Part shown: piece after piece, positions 9,722 through 19,355 of the stretch | Position numbering within the stretch: the first letter of the stretch is position 1 | Layout: the number at the start of each line of letters is the position of its first letter | Assembly (NCBI GenBank): GCA_022447685.1 | Contig: JAKVAO010000005.1 | Location: 1,624 to 65,623 of the forward strand | Origin: Candidatus Caenarcanales bacterium | GTDB lineage: Bacteria > Cyanobacteriota > Vampirovibrionia > LMEP-6097 | DNA: 64,000 bases | Direction of reading: 5' to 3' | Notes under the pieces: model-generated | The model's database searches: none | Seen by the model: the letters and a program-made list of their open reading frames with translations, nothing else | Told to the model about the DNA's origin: nothing | Translations under genes and position numbers: made by a program

Positions 9722-10921
9722 ATGACTCGAAATGATTCTTTTTTAATTAAATTAATATTTTCTTCTATAGCTATCAGCCTTTTCCTTATGATTTTTCTGA
9801 CTGCAATTGGCATGTATTTCGCACTTTTTGGAATTATTATTAGCGCATTTATAGTGAGATTCTTGTTGTCTAAGGAGCTTAGAGACTCATTGCAAAAAGA
9901 TCTTTTTAAAAGTCTTAATACCCAGGATACTTTGTGGATATTTCTCATTTTCATTTCAGTCTTTACTTGGGCAATCTTTGATAATAGCTTTTTGTTGATT
10001 GATAAGTATAATTTATACTGGCTCAATATTGAAAATGCATACCAGATAATGCTCGTTTATTTTCTAGCTAAAGCCTTTTTTAGTCTATCCAGATATTTAA
10101 GTTTTAAACTTGAATCGTCATTAAGATATTTTTTCTTTCTTATTAGTCTAAGTTATGTCATAGATTGGTTTTATTCGTTGTCGAAGAGCTTCTATTTAGA
10201 GTATTATCGCTGGGATGGTTCCTCTGGCAACCCCAATATCTGGGCTATACAGTCTTCTTTGATTTTTATAAGTTTAATTTATTATTTTTCTAAGTCAAAG
10301 TTTACTTGGTCTTTCTTTAATATATTTTTTCTGCTTGCTACTGCTCTAAGTTTAGTAGGCGTGTTGAAAGCTTTTTCCTTAGCGAGTTTTATTGGTTTAG
10401 GCTTGGCTCTATTAAGCTTTCTTCTCTTTAAATTGTTTAAAGAGAAAGGTCTAAATGTCTATAGGATTGCTTTATGTTTATTCTTTTGTTTTGTATTATC
10501 CTTGATTTACTTTGCTGAACCTCAATGGACGCAAGATTCTAACTTCTATTTACTTAAGAAGTTTCTCCCAAGGCTAAAGCTATGGAATCACTTTGATGAT
10601 TTGATTAGTAACTTTAGCTTAATTAATTTTGTGTTTGGTCTTGGAACGGTAGAGTATAAATCTTGGCTTGAAAGCCTTGCTAGAGATGATTTTAATCATA
10701 CTCATAATATGTTTTACCACCTTTTCTTTCAATTTGGTTTTTTGGGTTTAGTTAGCAATAGCATCTTTTACTTTAAGGTGTTTTTCTCACGTTATTTGTA
10801 TGCACTGGGGATTTATTTTTTAGTGGTAGCTTTATTTGATGTTAGTTTACTTGTTGGTGAATCATTGAATTTGTTTTTCTGCTTGATACCGGCTTTGACT
10901 TTAGTTCACAGTCAAGACTGA
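9722..10921 (+). CDS. O-antigen ligase-like (Wzy_C) polytopic membrane protein
   Basis: About 11-12 hydrophobic helices; GSSGNPN, RLKLW and HTHNMFYHLFFQFGFLG match WaaL-type motifs. Confidence 0.75.
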   Translation: MTRNDSFLIKLIFSSIAISLFLMIFLTAIGMYFALFGIIISAFIVRFLLSKELRDSLQKDLFKSLNTQDTLWIFLIFISVFTWAIFDNSFLLIDKYNLYWLNIENAYQIMLVYFLAKAFFSLSRYLSFKLESSLRYFFFLISLSYVIDWFYSLSKSFYLEYYRWDGSSGNPNIWAIQSSLIFISLIYYFSKSKFTWSFFNIFFLLATALSLVGVLKAFSLASFIGLGLALLSFLLFKLFKEKGLNVYRIALCLFFCFVLSLIYFAEPQWTQDSNFYLLKKFLPRLKLWNHFDDLISNFSLINFVFGLGTVEYKSWLESLARDDFNHTHNMFYHLFFQFGFLGLVSNSIFYFKVFFSRYLYALGIYFLVVALFDVSLLVGESLNLFFCLIPALTLVHSQD

Positions 10922-10970
10922 GTTTGCCTTGTTTTGTCGGTACTGATTTTGCTATGCTAGTTCTTAAGAC

Positions 10971-11636
10971 ATGAATTTCACTATGCAAAGACCCAGAAGT
11001 ACATTTCAAAGACCTGATATGTCCATCAGTAAAAACTCTGAAGACAAAGCATACCAATTAATCGAGAATTTCTTTAAGGCTGTGAAAAGACAGGTCACGG
11101 CTAACTCTAAAGAATATAGCACTATCAAGACTTTGATACGCCAATTCAAAAAAGAAGAGGGTAATGATCCAAGCGATAAGATCATCTATGAATCGATTAA
11201 GCGAATGGAGAAGGATAAGATTCAGTCTCAGGTAGCTATGGCTATGAGTCAGATCGCAGAGCGTAGAGCTCAAAATACTCAAGCTAACTCTATGGTGAAA
11301 ATGATTCCATACTTTATAGGGCTTGCTGGTTTGCTGGTGATGTTCGTGCTTACAGTATTTTTCTCAGGAGAACTTAATTTCTCTAACCCTGCTATTACTA
11401 GAAATCTATTGATTTCTCTTGTCTTTGTGGGATCTTTAGTTTGGGGAATTATTCAAAGAAAATCTTTCAAATACGATATGCTTTCAGCTTCTATACTTCA
11501 TCAAGTTTGTAGTGCTTATGCCGCAGCTAAGATGCAAGGTAAGGGGGCTGTAGGTGCTATGCAAAATCTTGGTGAGATGAGAATTCGCGCAAAGTCAATG
11601 CAAGAGAAAGAAAAAGCAGCGAAGAAGAAAAAATAA
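10971..11636 (+). CDS. Hypothetical two-TM membrane protein
   Basis: 221-aa ORF with two central hydrophobic helices, directly upstream of lspA. Confidence 0.7.
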   Translation: MNFTMQRPRSTFQRPDMSISKNSEDKAYQLIENFFKAVKRQVTANSKEYSTIKTLIRQFKKEEGNDPSDKIIYESIKRMEKDKIQSQVAMAMSQIAERRAQNTQANSMVKMIPYFIGLAGLLVMFVLTVFFSGELNFSNPAITRNLLISLVFVGSLVWGIIQRKSFKYDMLSASILHQVCSAYAAAKMQGKGAVGAMQNLGEMRIRAKSMQEKEKAAKKKK

Positions 11637-11637
11637 T

Positions 11638-12090
11638 ATGAGCTTCAAGAAGATTCAAGCCTTCTTATTTATTGTAGTTTTAATTTTATTAGATCAGTGG
11701 ACTAAGTTTTGGGCTCGTAGCTTTCTAGCTGTTGAGGGACCAAGCACAGTAATTAATCAAGTACTTGAGTTTCGTTATGCTGAAAATACTGGAGTTGCTT
11801 TCAGTATGTTCGATAAATATCCTTTTCTACTCACTGTTTTGATCACTTTGATTAATTTAGTGATTTTGGTGATTTTACTTAGAAAGCAGAAAATAGAGAT
11901 ATTTTGGATATTTATTTTTGCTGGAGCAGTTTCTAACTTATTAGATAGGTATATATTCGGTTTTGTGACGGATTTCATTAACCCGTTATTTGTAAATTTT
12001 GCAGTTTTTAATGTCGCTGATGTTTTTCTGAATATTGGTTTGTATATTTATCTTTATTTTTGTTTTTTTGTTAATTCAAATAAAAGTTAA
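11638..12090 (+). CDS. lspA: Signal peptidase II
   Basis: LDQWTK, NTGVAFSM, GAVSNLLDR, GFVTDFI, FNVAD. Confidence 0.97.
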   Translation: MSFKKIQAFLFIVVLILLDQWTKFWARSFLAVEGPSTVINQVLEFRYAENTGVAFSMFDKYPFLLTVLITLINLVILVILLRKQKIEIFWIFIFAGAVSNLLDRYIFGFVTDFINPLFVNFAVFNVADVFLNIGLYIYLYFCFFVNSNKS

Positions 12091-12102
12091 ATAATCTTAG
12101 GG

Positions 12103-12459
12103 TTACCAAAGTTCTCTTTTCATTGATTGAATAGCTTTTTCTAAGTTATCTTCATTAGGAACTTTTACGAATTTTTTGATTAGTTCAACTGTATTTTTAG
12201 TCGAAAATAGTTGAGCATTATAAATTTCTACCTCAATTTCTTTAATTAACTCTTCTTGAGTTGTAATTTCAGGTCGCCTGGTTTTAATACTTTCAATATC
12301 ATCTCTTAGGAGAGCTATTAATAAAAGGATTAAACATTTATAGCGGGTTGATTTGAATTCATGCTGATCTTTCACTGCAAATTCTTTTAGTCTTAGACGT
12401 AGCCAATCAAATAGTAAAATACTTGCAATTAAACTTAAAATATCAAAGTTAATTTCCAT
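12103..12459 (-). CDS. Hypothetical protein, third gene of the toxin-antitoxin locus
   Basis: 118-aa ORF whose start overlaps the toxin 3' end. Confidence 0.55.
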   Translation of the reverse strand: MEINFDILSLIASILLFDWLRLRLKEFAVKDQHEFKSTRYKCLILLLIALLRDDIESIKTRRPEITTQEELIKEIEVEIYNAQLFSTKNTVELIKKFVKVPNEDNLEKAIQSMKRELW

Positions 12460-12805
12460 TGAAACTTTTTAAATCCTTAAAAATTTCACTTAGGCAACTT
12501 TTGAGAGTCACGAGATCATTTTCTGAGAGCTTGCCTAATTGCTTATAAATAAATTCTTTTTCAATCGTAAATATTACAGATTTAAGCGCTGACTCCTTAA
12601 GTAAGCCTGAATCTTGCCATTCGGAAATTATGGCTTCACCAGCAGATAGCTTTGATACTTTACTCGTTATAGCCATCATTATCACATCATGCTGTGAGTT
12701 ATTGAAATCGTTTGAACTAATTACTACGGCTGGTCTTTTTTTATGTCCGATAGAACTACTGAACGGGAAGTCAACTAAAACCAAGTCTCCAAATTTATAA
12801 TTCAT
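12449..12805 (-). CDS. PemK/MazF-family endoribonuclease toxin
   Basis: GDLVLVDFPFS...KKRPAVVIS, AITSK, GLLKESA. Start placed at ATG 12805, which overlaps the antitoxin end. Confidence 0.9.
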   Translation of the reverse strand: MNYKFGDLVLVDFPFSSSIGHKKRPAVVISSNDFNNSQHDVIMMAITSKVSKLSAGEAIISEWQDSGLLKESALKSVIFTIEKEFIYKQLGKLSENDLVTLKSCLSEIFKDLKSFNGN

Positions 12806-13007
12806 TATAGATATCATCTTCTTCATTATTCCAAATTCTAGACAAGGATTGCTCACTTAAAATAGACTTTGAATCATCAAAAATAACTTCTTTGTCCTTA
12901 GTAATAAAAATTACAATGCCTTCTTGGTTTAGATTTGCATCGATAGGCTCAAGAGGCTCAAGTAAACCATCTTGTGTTAATCTAACCTTGAACTGTTTAA
13001 TTCTCAT
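12795..13007 (-). CDS. Putative antitoxin
   Basis: 70-aa ORF upstream of and overlapping the toxin; acidic end SEQSLSRIWNNEEDDIYNEL resembles small partners of PemK-like toxins. Confidence 0.7.
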   Translation of the reverse strand: MRIKQFKVRLTQDGLLEPLEPIDANLNQEGIVIFITKDKEVIFDDSKSILSEQSLSRIWNNEEDDIYNEL

Positions 13008-13079
13008 AATTAAATTTTACTATAAGCCGAGATTAAACTAGTAATTACTACAAGATTCTGAGTTGACTTACGATTTATA

Positions 13080-14063
13080 CTAAGTCTGAGGTCCAGACCA
13101 AGTCTTCTTACGATTAGAAACTTCCATCATTCTTTCAATAGTTAGTCTTGCTGGCTCAATAATCTCATCTGGAATATGAATTTCGGTAAACTCTTGATCT
13201 ATAGCATCATAGAGATTCTCTAAACTATGATATTTCATATTCGGACAAAGCGGCAATGGGAACACAGTTGTGATTTTCTTGTCAGGCATATCAGCTTGCA
13301 TTCTTGCGACCAATCCTTGCTCTGAGAGGATTACGAATTCATTATTCTCGTGTTCTTGTACAAAATTATAGATAGCAGAAGTACTCCCTACAAAGTCAGC
13401 TTTGCGCCATACGTCAGGATTGCATTCTGGGTGAGCGATTATAACTGCATTTGGTGATTTTTCTCTTTGTTTATCAACTTCAAGAGGTGTGATTTGCCAG
13501 TGTGTAGGACAGAAACCATCATAGATATGAATTTTCTTCTCTGGGATCTGTTCTTGAACCCATTCCCCAAGACCTTTGTCTGGAACAAAAATAACTTCTT
13601 TTGCATCTAGAGAAGCTACTATGTCAACAGCATTGGTGCTCGTACAACAGATATCAGATTCAGCTTTAACAGCAGCGGAGCTATTTATATAACAAACTAC
13701 TGGCGCGCCTTTGTGTTCGTTTTTGAAGGCTTTGAGGTCATCAACATTTATCATGTCAGCCATAGGGCAGCCAGACTGAATATCTGGAAGTAAAACTTTC
13801 TTGTTAGGGTTAAGTAGCTTTGCTGTCTCAGCCATAAAGTGCACACCACAGAAGGCGATAATATCTGCATCAGTAGCTTCTGCTTTTTTTGATAGCATCA
13901 AGCTATCCCCAACGAAATCAGCAACCCTCTGGGTCTCCAACCTTTGGTATATATGGGTGAGTATAACTGCGTTTTTCTTAGCAGCAAGAGAGCGAATCTT
14001 ATCGAATAGCTCTTGCTTTTCAGCAGTTTTATCAACTACAGATCGTGCCATTATGCTAGACAT
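13080..14063 (-). CDS. nadA: Quinolinate synthase
   Basis: ADFVGDS, FCGVHFMAETAK, GCPMA, VVCYINS, CCTSTNA, GFCPTH, AHPEC, CPNMK. Confidence 0.97.
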   Translation of the reverse strand: MSSIMARSVVDKTAEKQELFDKIRSLAAKKNAVILTHIYQRLETQRVADFVGDSLMLSKKAEATDADIIAFCGVHFMAETAKLLNPNKKVLLPDIQSGCPMADMINVDDLKAFKNEHKGAPVVCYINSSAAVKAESDICCTSTNAVDIVASLDAKEVIFVPDKGLGEWVQEQIPEKKIHIYDGFCPTHWQITPLEVDKQREKSPNAVIIAHPECNPDVWRKADFVGSTSAIYNFVQEHENNEFVILSEQGLVARMQADMPDKKITTVFPLPLCPNMKYHSLENLYDAIDQEFTEIHIPDEIIEPARLTIERMMEVSNRKKTWSGPQT

Positions 14064-14079
14064 AGTATTACTTATTCTA

Positions 14080-15111
14080 CTACAGTGACAAATGATCTGC
14101 TAAGCTTTTTGCACTCATCAGCGCATGCTCTGCTTTAGAGCCGATACACCAGTCTCCACAGACATATATTTGTTCTGAATCTTTACTCTTATCCATGATG
14201 AAAAGTTTTTCATGTCTATAATCTTTAATCTCTAGAGCTGCTCTTGCTGTCTCTGAATATAGCCATCTGTGAGTGTGCGTGAAGCTTATTTCAGGATCCC
14301 TAATCCCACACAGTGAGAAAAATTCTTCTGTTAGTAGTTTCTCTATTCTTTTCTTATCAATTTCAACATGAGCTTTTGACCAATATGGATTTGCTTTCAG
14401 GATGATAGATGCAGGGTTTCCTTCTCGTCCTGGTTTATGGTTATTGAAGTAAACGCTATCTATAGGAGAGTTTTTGAATTGGATGATATCGACATTTCTC
14501 AGCCAGTCATAACTATTTAATTCGTTCTGGAATGAGATTAAAACTACAAAGCTAGAGTTCATAATTGCTCTTAGGCAAAGTTTACTTGTTTCAGGGAAAT
14601 TCTTGGTGATTTCAGCGCTTTGAATATTTGGAGCTGTGCTTATGACTTTAGTGAAGCCAGATATTTTGGTGATTTCTTCTTCCTTTTCTATGCTTAATTC
14701 ATAATTTTTCTCTGTGATTTTTTTGATTTCAAGTACTCTGTGAGATTTGAAATTATGATTAATTTCCTCTATGAATTTTTTGCAAAGACTGTTAGCAAAA
14801 GGTTTAGAGGTGAAGAGTTCTGATTTGTAGAAAAAATTAGTTTCAGAATTGTATTTATCTCTCTCTAGAACTCCTGCTTGCCATTTTTCTAGATTCTCTG
14901 GGAATTTTTCTAGGTCTTGGAGTATTGCTTTATCTTCTATATTGAAACAAGATAAACCATAGTCAAAGCTAGTCTCAGATTCTCTTTTGGAAGAAGCTCT
15001 GCCGCCAGTACCTCTTGCTTTATCGAAGATATGGACTTCATATTTGTCTTTGAGTAAGTAGGCAAGGTAGCATCCACTTAAGCCGCTTCCGATAATTGCT
15101 ATTTTTTCCAC
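14080..15111 (-). CDS. Renalase-like FAD/NAD(P)-dependent oxidoreductase
   Basis: IAIIGSGLSG, FDKARGTGGRASSKR, FDYG, HRWLYS, CGDWC..SKAEHALMS. Confidence 0.85.
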   Translation of the reverse strand: MEKIAIIGSGLSGCYLAYLLKDKYEVHIFDKARGTGGRASSKRESETSFDYGLSCFNIEDKAILQDLEKFPENLEKWQAGVLERDKYNSETNFFYKSELFTSKPFANSLCKKFIEEINHNFKSHRVLEIKKITEKNYELSIEKEEEITKISGFTKVISTAPNIQSAEITKNFPETSKLCLRAIMNSSFVVLISFQNELNSYDWLRNVDIIQFKNSPIDSVYFNNHKPGREGNPASIILKANPYWSKAHVEIDKKRIEKLLTEEFFSLCGIRDPEISFTHTHRWLYSETARAALEIKDYRHEKLFIMDKSKDSEQIYVCGDWCIGSKAEHALMSAKSLADHLSL

Positions 15112-15340
15112 TTTATTATTTAAGCATATCTAGTTTTGTTTGAGAGACCTATTTGTCTTAGTAGTGGACTTCGAGTTTGGCAAAATAATAACCAAATAAT
15201 TAAGTAAATACAAACAATTAAAATAAAAGAAATTTAATTAAAGATAATATTGACCTTTGCTAATATATGTTCTAATCTCAAGACTAATAGTTATCAAAAT
15301 TATATGATAACTAGTTTAAGTCAGAGTTTGAGGAAGACAG

Positions 15341-15745
15341 ATGAGCGGACCTTTAGAACCTTTAGAATTAGTTAGAACCATTGTTGATACTGTATTGAAA
15401 ACTGCTTCGGCTTTCGCTATAAATATGCGAGCAAAGCTAGTTAATTTGAAAAACAATCTTGGACAAAGACTCGACTACTACAAATATGTTGCTAGTCAGT
15501 ATTTAGAATTCTATGGTAGAAAAGAAAATCAAGAACTTCTTAAAAGAAACCTCAAAGATTACTCTCAGTCCATGATTGAGAAACAGAAGTATAAATTCCA
15601 GCAGAAAAAAGAAAATATTATCGATCGTTATAAATACGAAAAATACAAATTCTTAAGAAGGTTAGATGAATCTAGAGAAGAGATTTCTCATAAAGCTTCT
15701 AAGTTCAAAGATGATGCTCAAAGAGCGCTTGAAAGTATTTCATAA
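15341..15745 (+). CDS. Hypothetical basic helical protein
   Basis: 134-aa ATG ORF followed by a terminator. Confidence 0.65.
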   Translation: MSGPLEPLELVRTIVDTVLKTASAFAINMRAKLVNLKNNLGQRLDYYKYVASQYLEFYGRKENQELLKRNLKDYSQSMIEKQKYKFQQKKENIIDRYKYEKYKFLRRLDESREEISHKASKFKDDAQRALESIS

Positions 15746-15774
15746 AAATAGAGCTAATATTAAGCTCTATTTTT
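15744..15774. terminator. Bidirectional intrinsic terminator
   Basis: AAAAATAGAGCT-aatatta-AGCTCTATTTTT between convergent genes. Confidence 0.75.
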
Positions 15775-15798
15775 ACTTAGTTTTGAATATTTATAGTC

Positions 15799-16116
15799 TT
15801 AAACTAACTTATCGATAGCTTCTTTGATTTTTTCTTTGCTAAGAGATCCAACTAACATCTCAACAGGTTTTTTATCTTTGAAAATAATCATGGTCGGAAT
15901 ACTGTTAATCCTAAATTCAAGAGACTTGTTAGGATTCTCATCTGTGTTTAGTTTGACTATTTTAGCTTTACCTTCGTACTCACCAGCTAATTCATCGATC
16001 ACTGGAGCAAGTGCTCTACAAGGTCCACACCATGGAGCCCAAAAGTCTACAAGAACTGGAACCGATGATTCAAGAACTTCGCTTTCAAAATTAGTATCGT
16101 TTACTTCAACTGCCAT
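15799..16116 (-). CDS. trxA: Thioredoxin
   Basis: VLVDFWAPWCGPCR, SIPT. Confidence 0.98.
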   Translation of the reverse strand: MAVEVNDTNFESEVLESSVPVLVDFWAPWCGPCRALAPVIDELAGEYEGKAKIVKLNTDENPNKSLEFRINSIPTMIIFKDKKPVEMLVGSLSKEKIKEAIDKLV

Positions 16117-16158
16117 AGTTAGTATATTATCACCATAGCTTGAGGCTTTGTTGAAATC

Positions 16159-16608
16159 TTAGAGTTTGTTTAAACCTTGAACTCCGCCTACTAGTGAGGT
16201 TAAGCCAGTATTTTTGCTTGGCTCATAGAAGCAGAACATATAACGCGATTCATCGATTGAATTTAGGGGACTACTTAGATTTGCCCACTGATACAATTCG
16301 ATTTCTTTAGTATCTTCTTCAAGTCCCTTCAAAGAAGTTTCAACAATAAATGAGTACTTAATCTTATTAATATTGCTCTCGTTGTAGATATTTTCTTTAG
16401 ATTTTAATGAGCCGATAAAGACTAAGCCTGAATGATCATATACTTCTTCTGCGCTGAGCTTTTTAGTAAGAGCATATGCTCTACTAGAGCTATTGGTGAC
16501 TATTTCTTGTTTTGACTTATCTGTTTTATTGGCTGCTAAGGCATTGAATTTCGAAGCAAAGCAGATGTTACCCAGTAAAAATATACTAATAAGAACTGAC
16601 TTTTTCAT
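16159..16608 (-). CDS. Hypothetical exported protein
   Basis: MKKSVLISIFLLGNICFA signal-like start. Confidence 0.65.
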   Translation of the reverse strand: MKKSVLISIFLLGNICFASKFNALAANKTDKSKQEIVTNSSSRAYALTKKLSAEEVYDHSGLVFIGSLKSKENIYNESNINKIKYSFIVETSLKGLEEDTKEIELYQWANLSSPLNSIDESRYMFCFYEPSKNTGLTSLVGGVQGLNKL

Positions 16609-16636
16609 TTAATCTTTATTATAATGGTTAAAGTTT

Positions 16637-17059
16637 ATGAAGAACCTTATTAATCTTTCTTTACTTTTTGTTTTTGTTGTTTTGGGTTTAGGTGCTTGTA
16701 GCTCAGCTCATGGTAATAACACTAATAAGTCTGAGTCTCAGTTAATTCAATACCTCGCTGAGAACTCCAGCAACTTTGCTGTGATTAAATTTTATGCTCC
16801 TTGGTGCGGGACTTGCAAAAGATACGCTCCTGAATTCAGTAAAACTAAAGAGGATTATGCGAAAAGATCAGAAGCTGTGGATTTCTTGGAAGTTAATGTT
16901 GATGATCATGACTATGCTGCACTAATTCGTGAGCTTAAGATAGGGGTTATACCTACTACATATTTTGTAAGTAAAGATAGAAAGACAGTTTATAATAGAA
17001 TAGGTAACATCAAGCACGATGATTTAGATGCTTTGATCCAAGAATTACTCACTAAGTAA
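16637..17059 (+). CDS. Thioredoxin-like lipoprotein
   Basis: Lipobox LGAC, FYAPWCGTCK, GVIPT. Confidence 0.85.
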   Translation: MKNLINLSLLFVFVVLGLGACSSAHGNNTNKSESQLIQYLAENSSNFAVIKFYAPWCGTCKRYAPEFSKTKEDYAKRSEAVDFLEVNVDDHDYAALIRELKIGVIPTTYFVSKDRKTVYNRIGNIKHDDLDALIQELLTK

Positions 17060-17068
17060 AGGAGCTTA

Positions 17069-17821
17069 ATGATTACTGATTCCGTTAAAATCGCTAAAAG
17101 CGCATCCATAGATGAATCTGTAAGTATCGGTGAAGGTACTGAGATTGGTGAGGGCGTTGTCATTAGGAAAGGCGTTAGTATTGGTAAGAACTGTAAAATC
17201 TATCCTTACGCTGTAATTGGTGAGGATCCTCAAGATTATAGCTTCCATGGTGAAGAAAGCTTTGTGAAAATTGGTGATAATAACAGAATTAGAGAATTCG
17301 TTACTATCAATAAAGCGGTTGGTGAAGGTGAATCCACAGAACTCGGTGATAATAATTACCTCATGGCATACAGTCATGTCGCGCATAACGCTAAGATTCA
17401 TAACAATGTAACTATTGCTAATTCAGTTCAGCTTGCTGGACATACAATTATAGAAGACTTTGTTAATATTGGTGGCTTAACTGCTATCCATCAAGGTTGT
17501 AGAGTTGGTAAGCTCGCTATGGTTTCTGGGATGTCTGCTACCAATAAAGATCTTCCACCATATTTTATGTTTGGTTTGACACCTGCTATAGCTGCAACTA
17601 TAAATAGACACGGTCTTAAGAAGCATGGTGCTGATAATGATGCTATGAATGAGATCTTCAAAGCCTTTAAAATTATCTATAGAAGTGGTGTTTCTCTTCC
17701 TCAAGTCATCGAGAAGTTGAAAGTTGAAAATTTCAAATCAGCTGAAGTGAAATATCTAATTAGTTTTTTGAGTGATTCTAAGCGCGGTATTAAGCTTGGG
17801 AGATCTGCTGTTAGGGTTTAA
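17069..17821 (+). CDS. lpxA: Acyl-ACP:UDP-N-acetylglucosamine O-acyltransferase
   Basis: Hexapeptide repeats; GEDPQD, IREFVTI, MAYSHVAH, HQGCRVG. Confidence 0.95.
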   Translation: MITDSVKIAKSASIDESVSIGEGTEIGEGVVIRKGVSIGKNCKIYPYAVIGEDPQDYSFHGEESFVKIGDNNRIREFVTINKAVGEGESTELGDNNYLMAYSHVAHNAKIHNNVTIANSVQLAGHTIIEDFVNIGGLTAIHQGCRVGKLAMVSGMSATNKDLPPYFMFGLTPAIAATINRHGLKKHGADNDAMNEIFKAFKIIYRSGVSLPQVIEKLKVENFKSAEVKYLISFLSDSKRGIKLGRSAVRV

Positions 17822-17823
17822 CT

Positions 17824-18387
17824 ATGTCCAAAAGAAAAATTCTTAAGTATGGATCTGAGGTTCTAAGACGTAACTCTACGCCGGTTACCAAGTTTGATAA
17901 AAGACTGAAGAAAATTATTGATGACATGCTTGAGACTATGTATGCTGCTCATGGTGTAGGCTTGGCGGCGCCTCAAATTGGCATTAATCAAAGGATTGTT
18001 GTGATTGATGCAGAGTATGGTTCTGATAGATACGATGAATCAGGTAAAAGCACAGGACGTAAAAATCCTCGAAACCCACTTATATTGATTAATCCTGAAA
18101 TTACAGAGATGGAAGGAGAGCTTGAAAGCTATGAGGGTTGTCTGAGTTTTCCTGATGTATATTTTAATGTCACTCGCGCTAAGAAAATTAAGTTTAAGTT
18201 TAACAATATCAAAGGGCAAGAAGAAGAGATGGAAGCTGATGGAGATCTTTTCTGTCGTTGTGTACAACACGAAATTGATCACTTGAATGGTCAACTATTT
18301 GTTGATATTGCTGATGACAGGATTATTGCTAGAGAAGAGTTAGATAAGAACGGCTTTGCTAATATAGATTCGCAGCCTTTGGCTTAG
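17824..18387 (+). CDS. def: Peptide deformylase
   Basis: GVGLAAPQIG, EGCLS, QHEIDHLNG. Confidence 0.98.
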   Translation: MSKRKILKYGSEVLRRNSTPVTKFDKRLKKIIDDMLETMYAAHGVGLAAPQIGINQRIVVIDAEYGSDRYDESGKSTGRKNPRNPLILINPEITEMEGELESYEGCLSFPDVYFNVTRAKKIKFKFNNIKGQEEEMEADGDLFCRCVQHEIDHLNGQLFVDIADDRIIAREELDKNGFANIDSQPLA

Positions 18388-18388
18388 C

Positions 18389-19222
18389 TTACTTCATTAA
18401 ATTAAATCTGGATTTAAGTATCTCTTCAGTTAAAGGAATTCTGGTCTGGACTGCTTTGCCATCAAAGAAATTATCAGGACTCTTGCTGAAGACATTAGTT
18501 GCAAAAAAGTATTTCTTAGGTTTTTGCTGCTGTGAATTTTGTTCTAGGTAACCAATGAACCATGACATCTGCTGGTCACCATTATCTCTAGTACCAGTTT
18601 TGCCTCTTAGGGTGAAGTCTTGAGTTTGTTCTTGAATCATTATTTCTTTTGTCTTATTGATACTAAGTTCATTAAACGGTAATTTGTTTTGATCAAGTTT
18701 TCTTAGAAAATTAATTTGTTCATAACTAGAGACTTTGAAACTCTCATCAAGCCAGAATTTATCTATTTCTTCACCAATTACTTTGTTGCCATAATTACTA
18801 GCATTAAGGTACTCCTGCATTTTTGAGCGTCCAATTTGCTTAATAAGTCTCTGATAAACCCATTCTGTAGAATAGTGAAAAGCTTCTTCTAGGCTTTGAT
18901 CTTGGTTAAATGATTCTATGAAATATTTGCTACCGTCCCATGGGATTATTTCTTTTTCGTCTTTAATTATTCCTGAATCTAATATTGCTAAAGTCCCAAA
19001 GACTTTAAAGCTTGAAGCTGGGCAGAGTCTTTCAGATGCTCTTGGTTTGTTGTAAACATAGTATTTCTCATTACTTTCATCATAGAGTAGAAAGCTGCCT
19101 TTAACTTCATATTTTGTGAACAATGAATTTAGATTAATTTGTTTTTCATTTTTACTAGAGCAGGCAAAGTTACTAATAATGACGAGTAAAGTCAAAAGAA
19201 GTATCTTGAAAGACTGATTCAT
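18389..19222 (-). CDS. Class D (OXA-like) serine beta-lactamase / penicillin-binding-fold lipoprotein
   Basis: PASSFK (SxxK), YSTEWVYQ, YGN, FWLD, GKTGT, WFIG. Start placed at ATG 19222, which gives the lipoprotein signal MNQSFKILLLTLLVIISNFAC. Confidence 0.85.
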   Translation of the reverse strand: MNQSFKILLLTLLVIISNFACSSKNEKQINLNSLFTKYEVKGSFLLYDESNEKYYVYNKPRASERLCPASSFKVFGTLAILDSGIIKDEKEIIPWDGSKYFIESFNQDQSLEEAFHYSTEWVYQRLIKQIGRSKMQEYLNASNYGNKVIGEEIDKFWLDESFKVSSYEQINFLRKLDQNKLPFNELSINKTKEIMIQEQTQDFTLRGKTGTRDNGDQQMSWFIGYLEQNSQQQKPKKYFFATNVFSKSPDNFFDGKAVQTRIPLTEEILKSRFNLMK

Positions 19223-19281
19223 ATCTAGAAGATTAGCATTTTTAAAACCTTGTTTGATAATTATATTGTGATCCTTAATTT

Positions 19282-19304
19282 TGCGGAAAAATGACCCCTT
19301 AAAA
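19282..19304 (+). repeat. 23-bp exact repeat, copy 2 (possible regulatory site)
   Basis: TGCGGAAAAATGACCCCTTAAAA in the divergent intergenic region. Confidence 0.7.
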
Positions 19305-19355
19305 TTTTTCATCAAATTTTTTAAATTTAAATATATAACAAGAAGGAGGAGATAC

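Noticed and set aside
13801-16138. Antisense ORFs 13801-14088 and 15824-16138
   Set aside because: Shadows of nadA and trxA with no motifs of their own.
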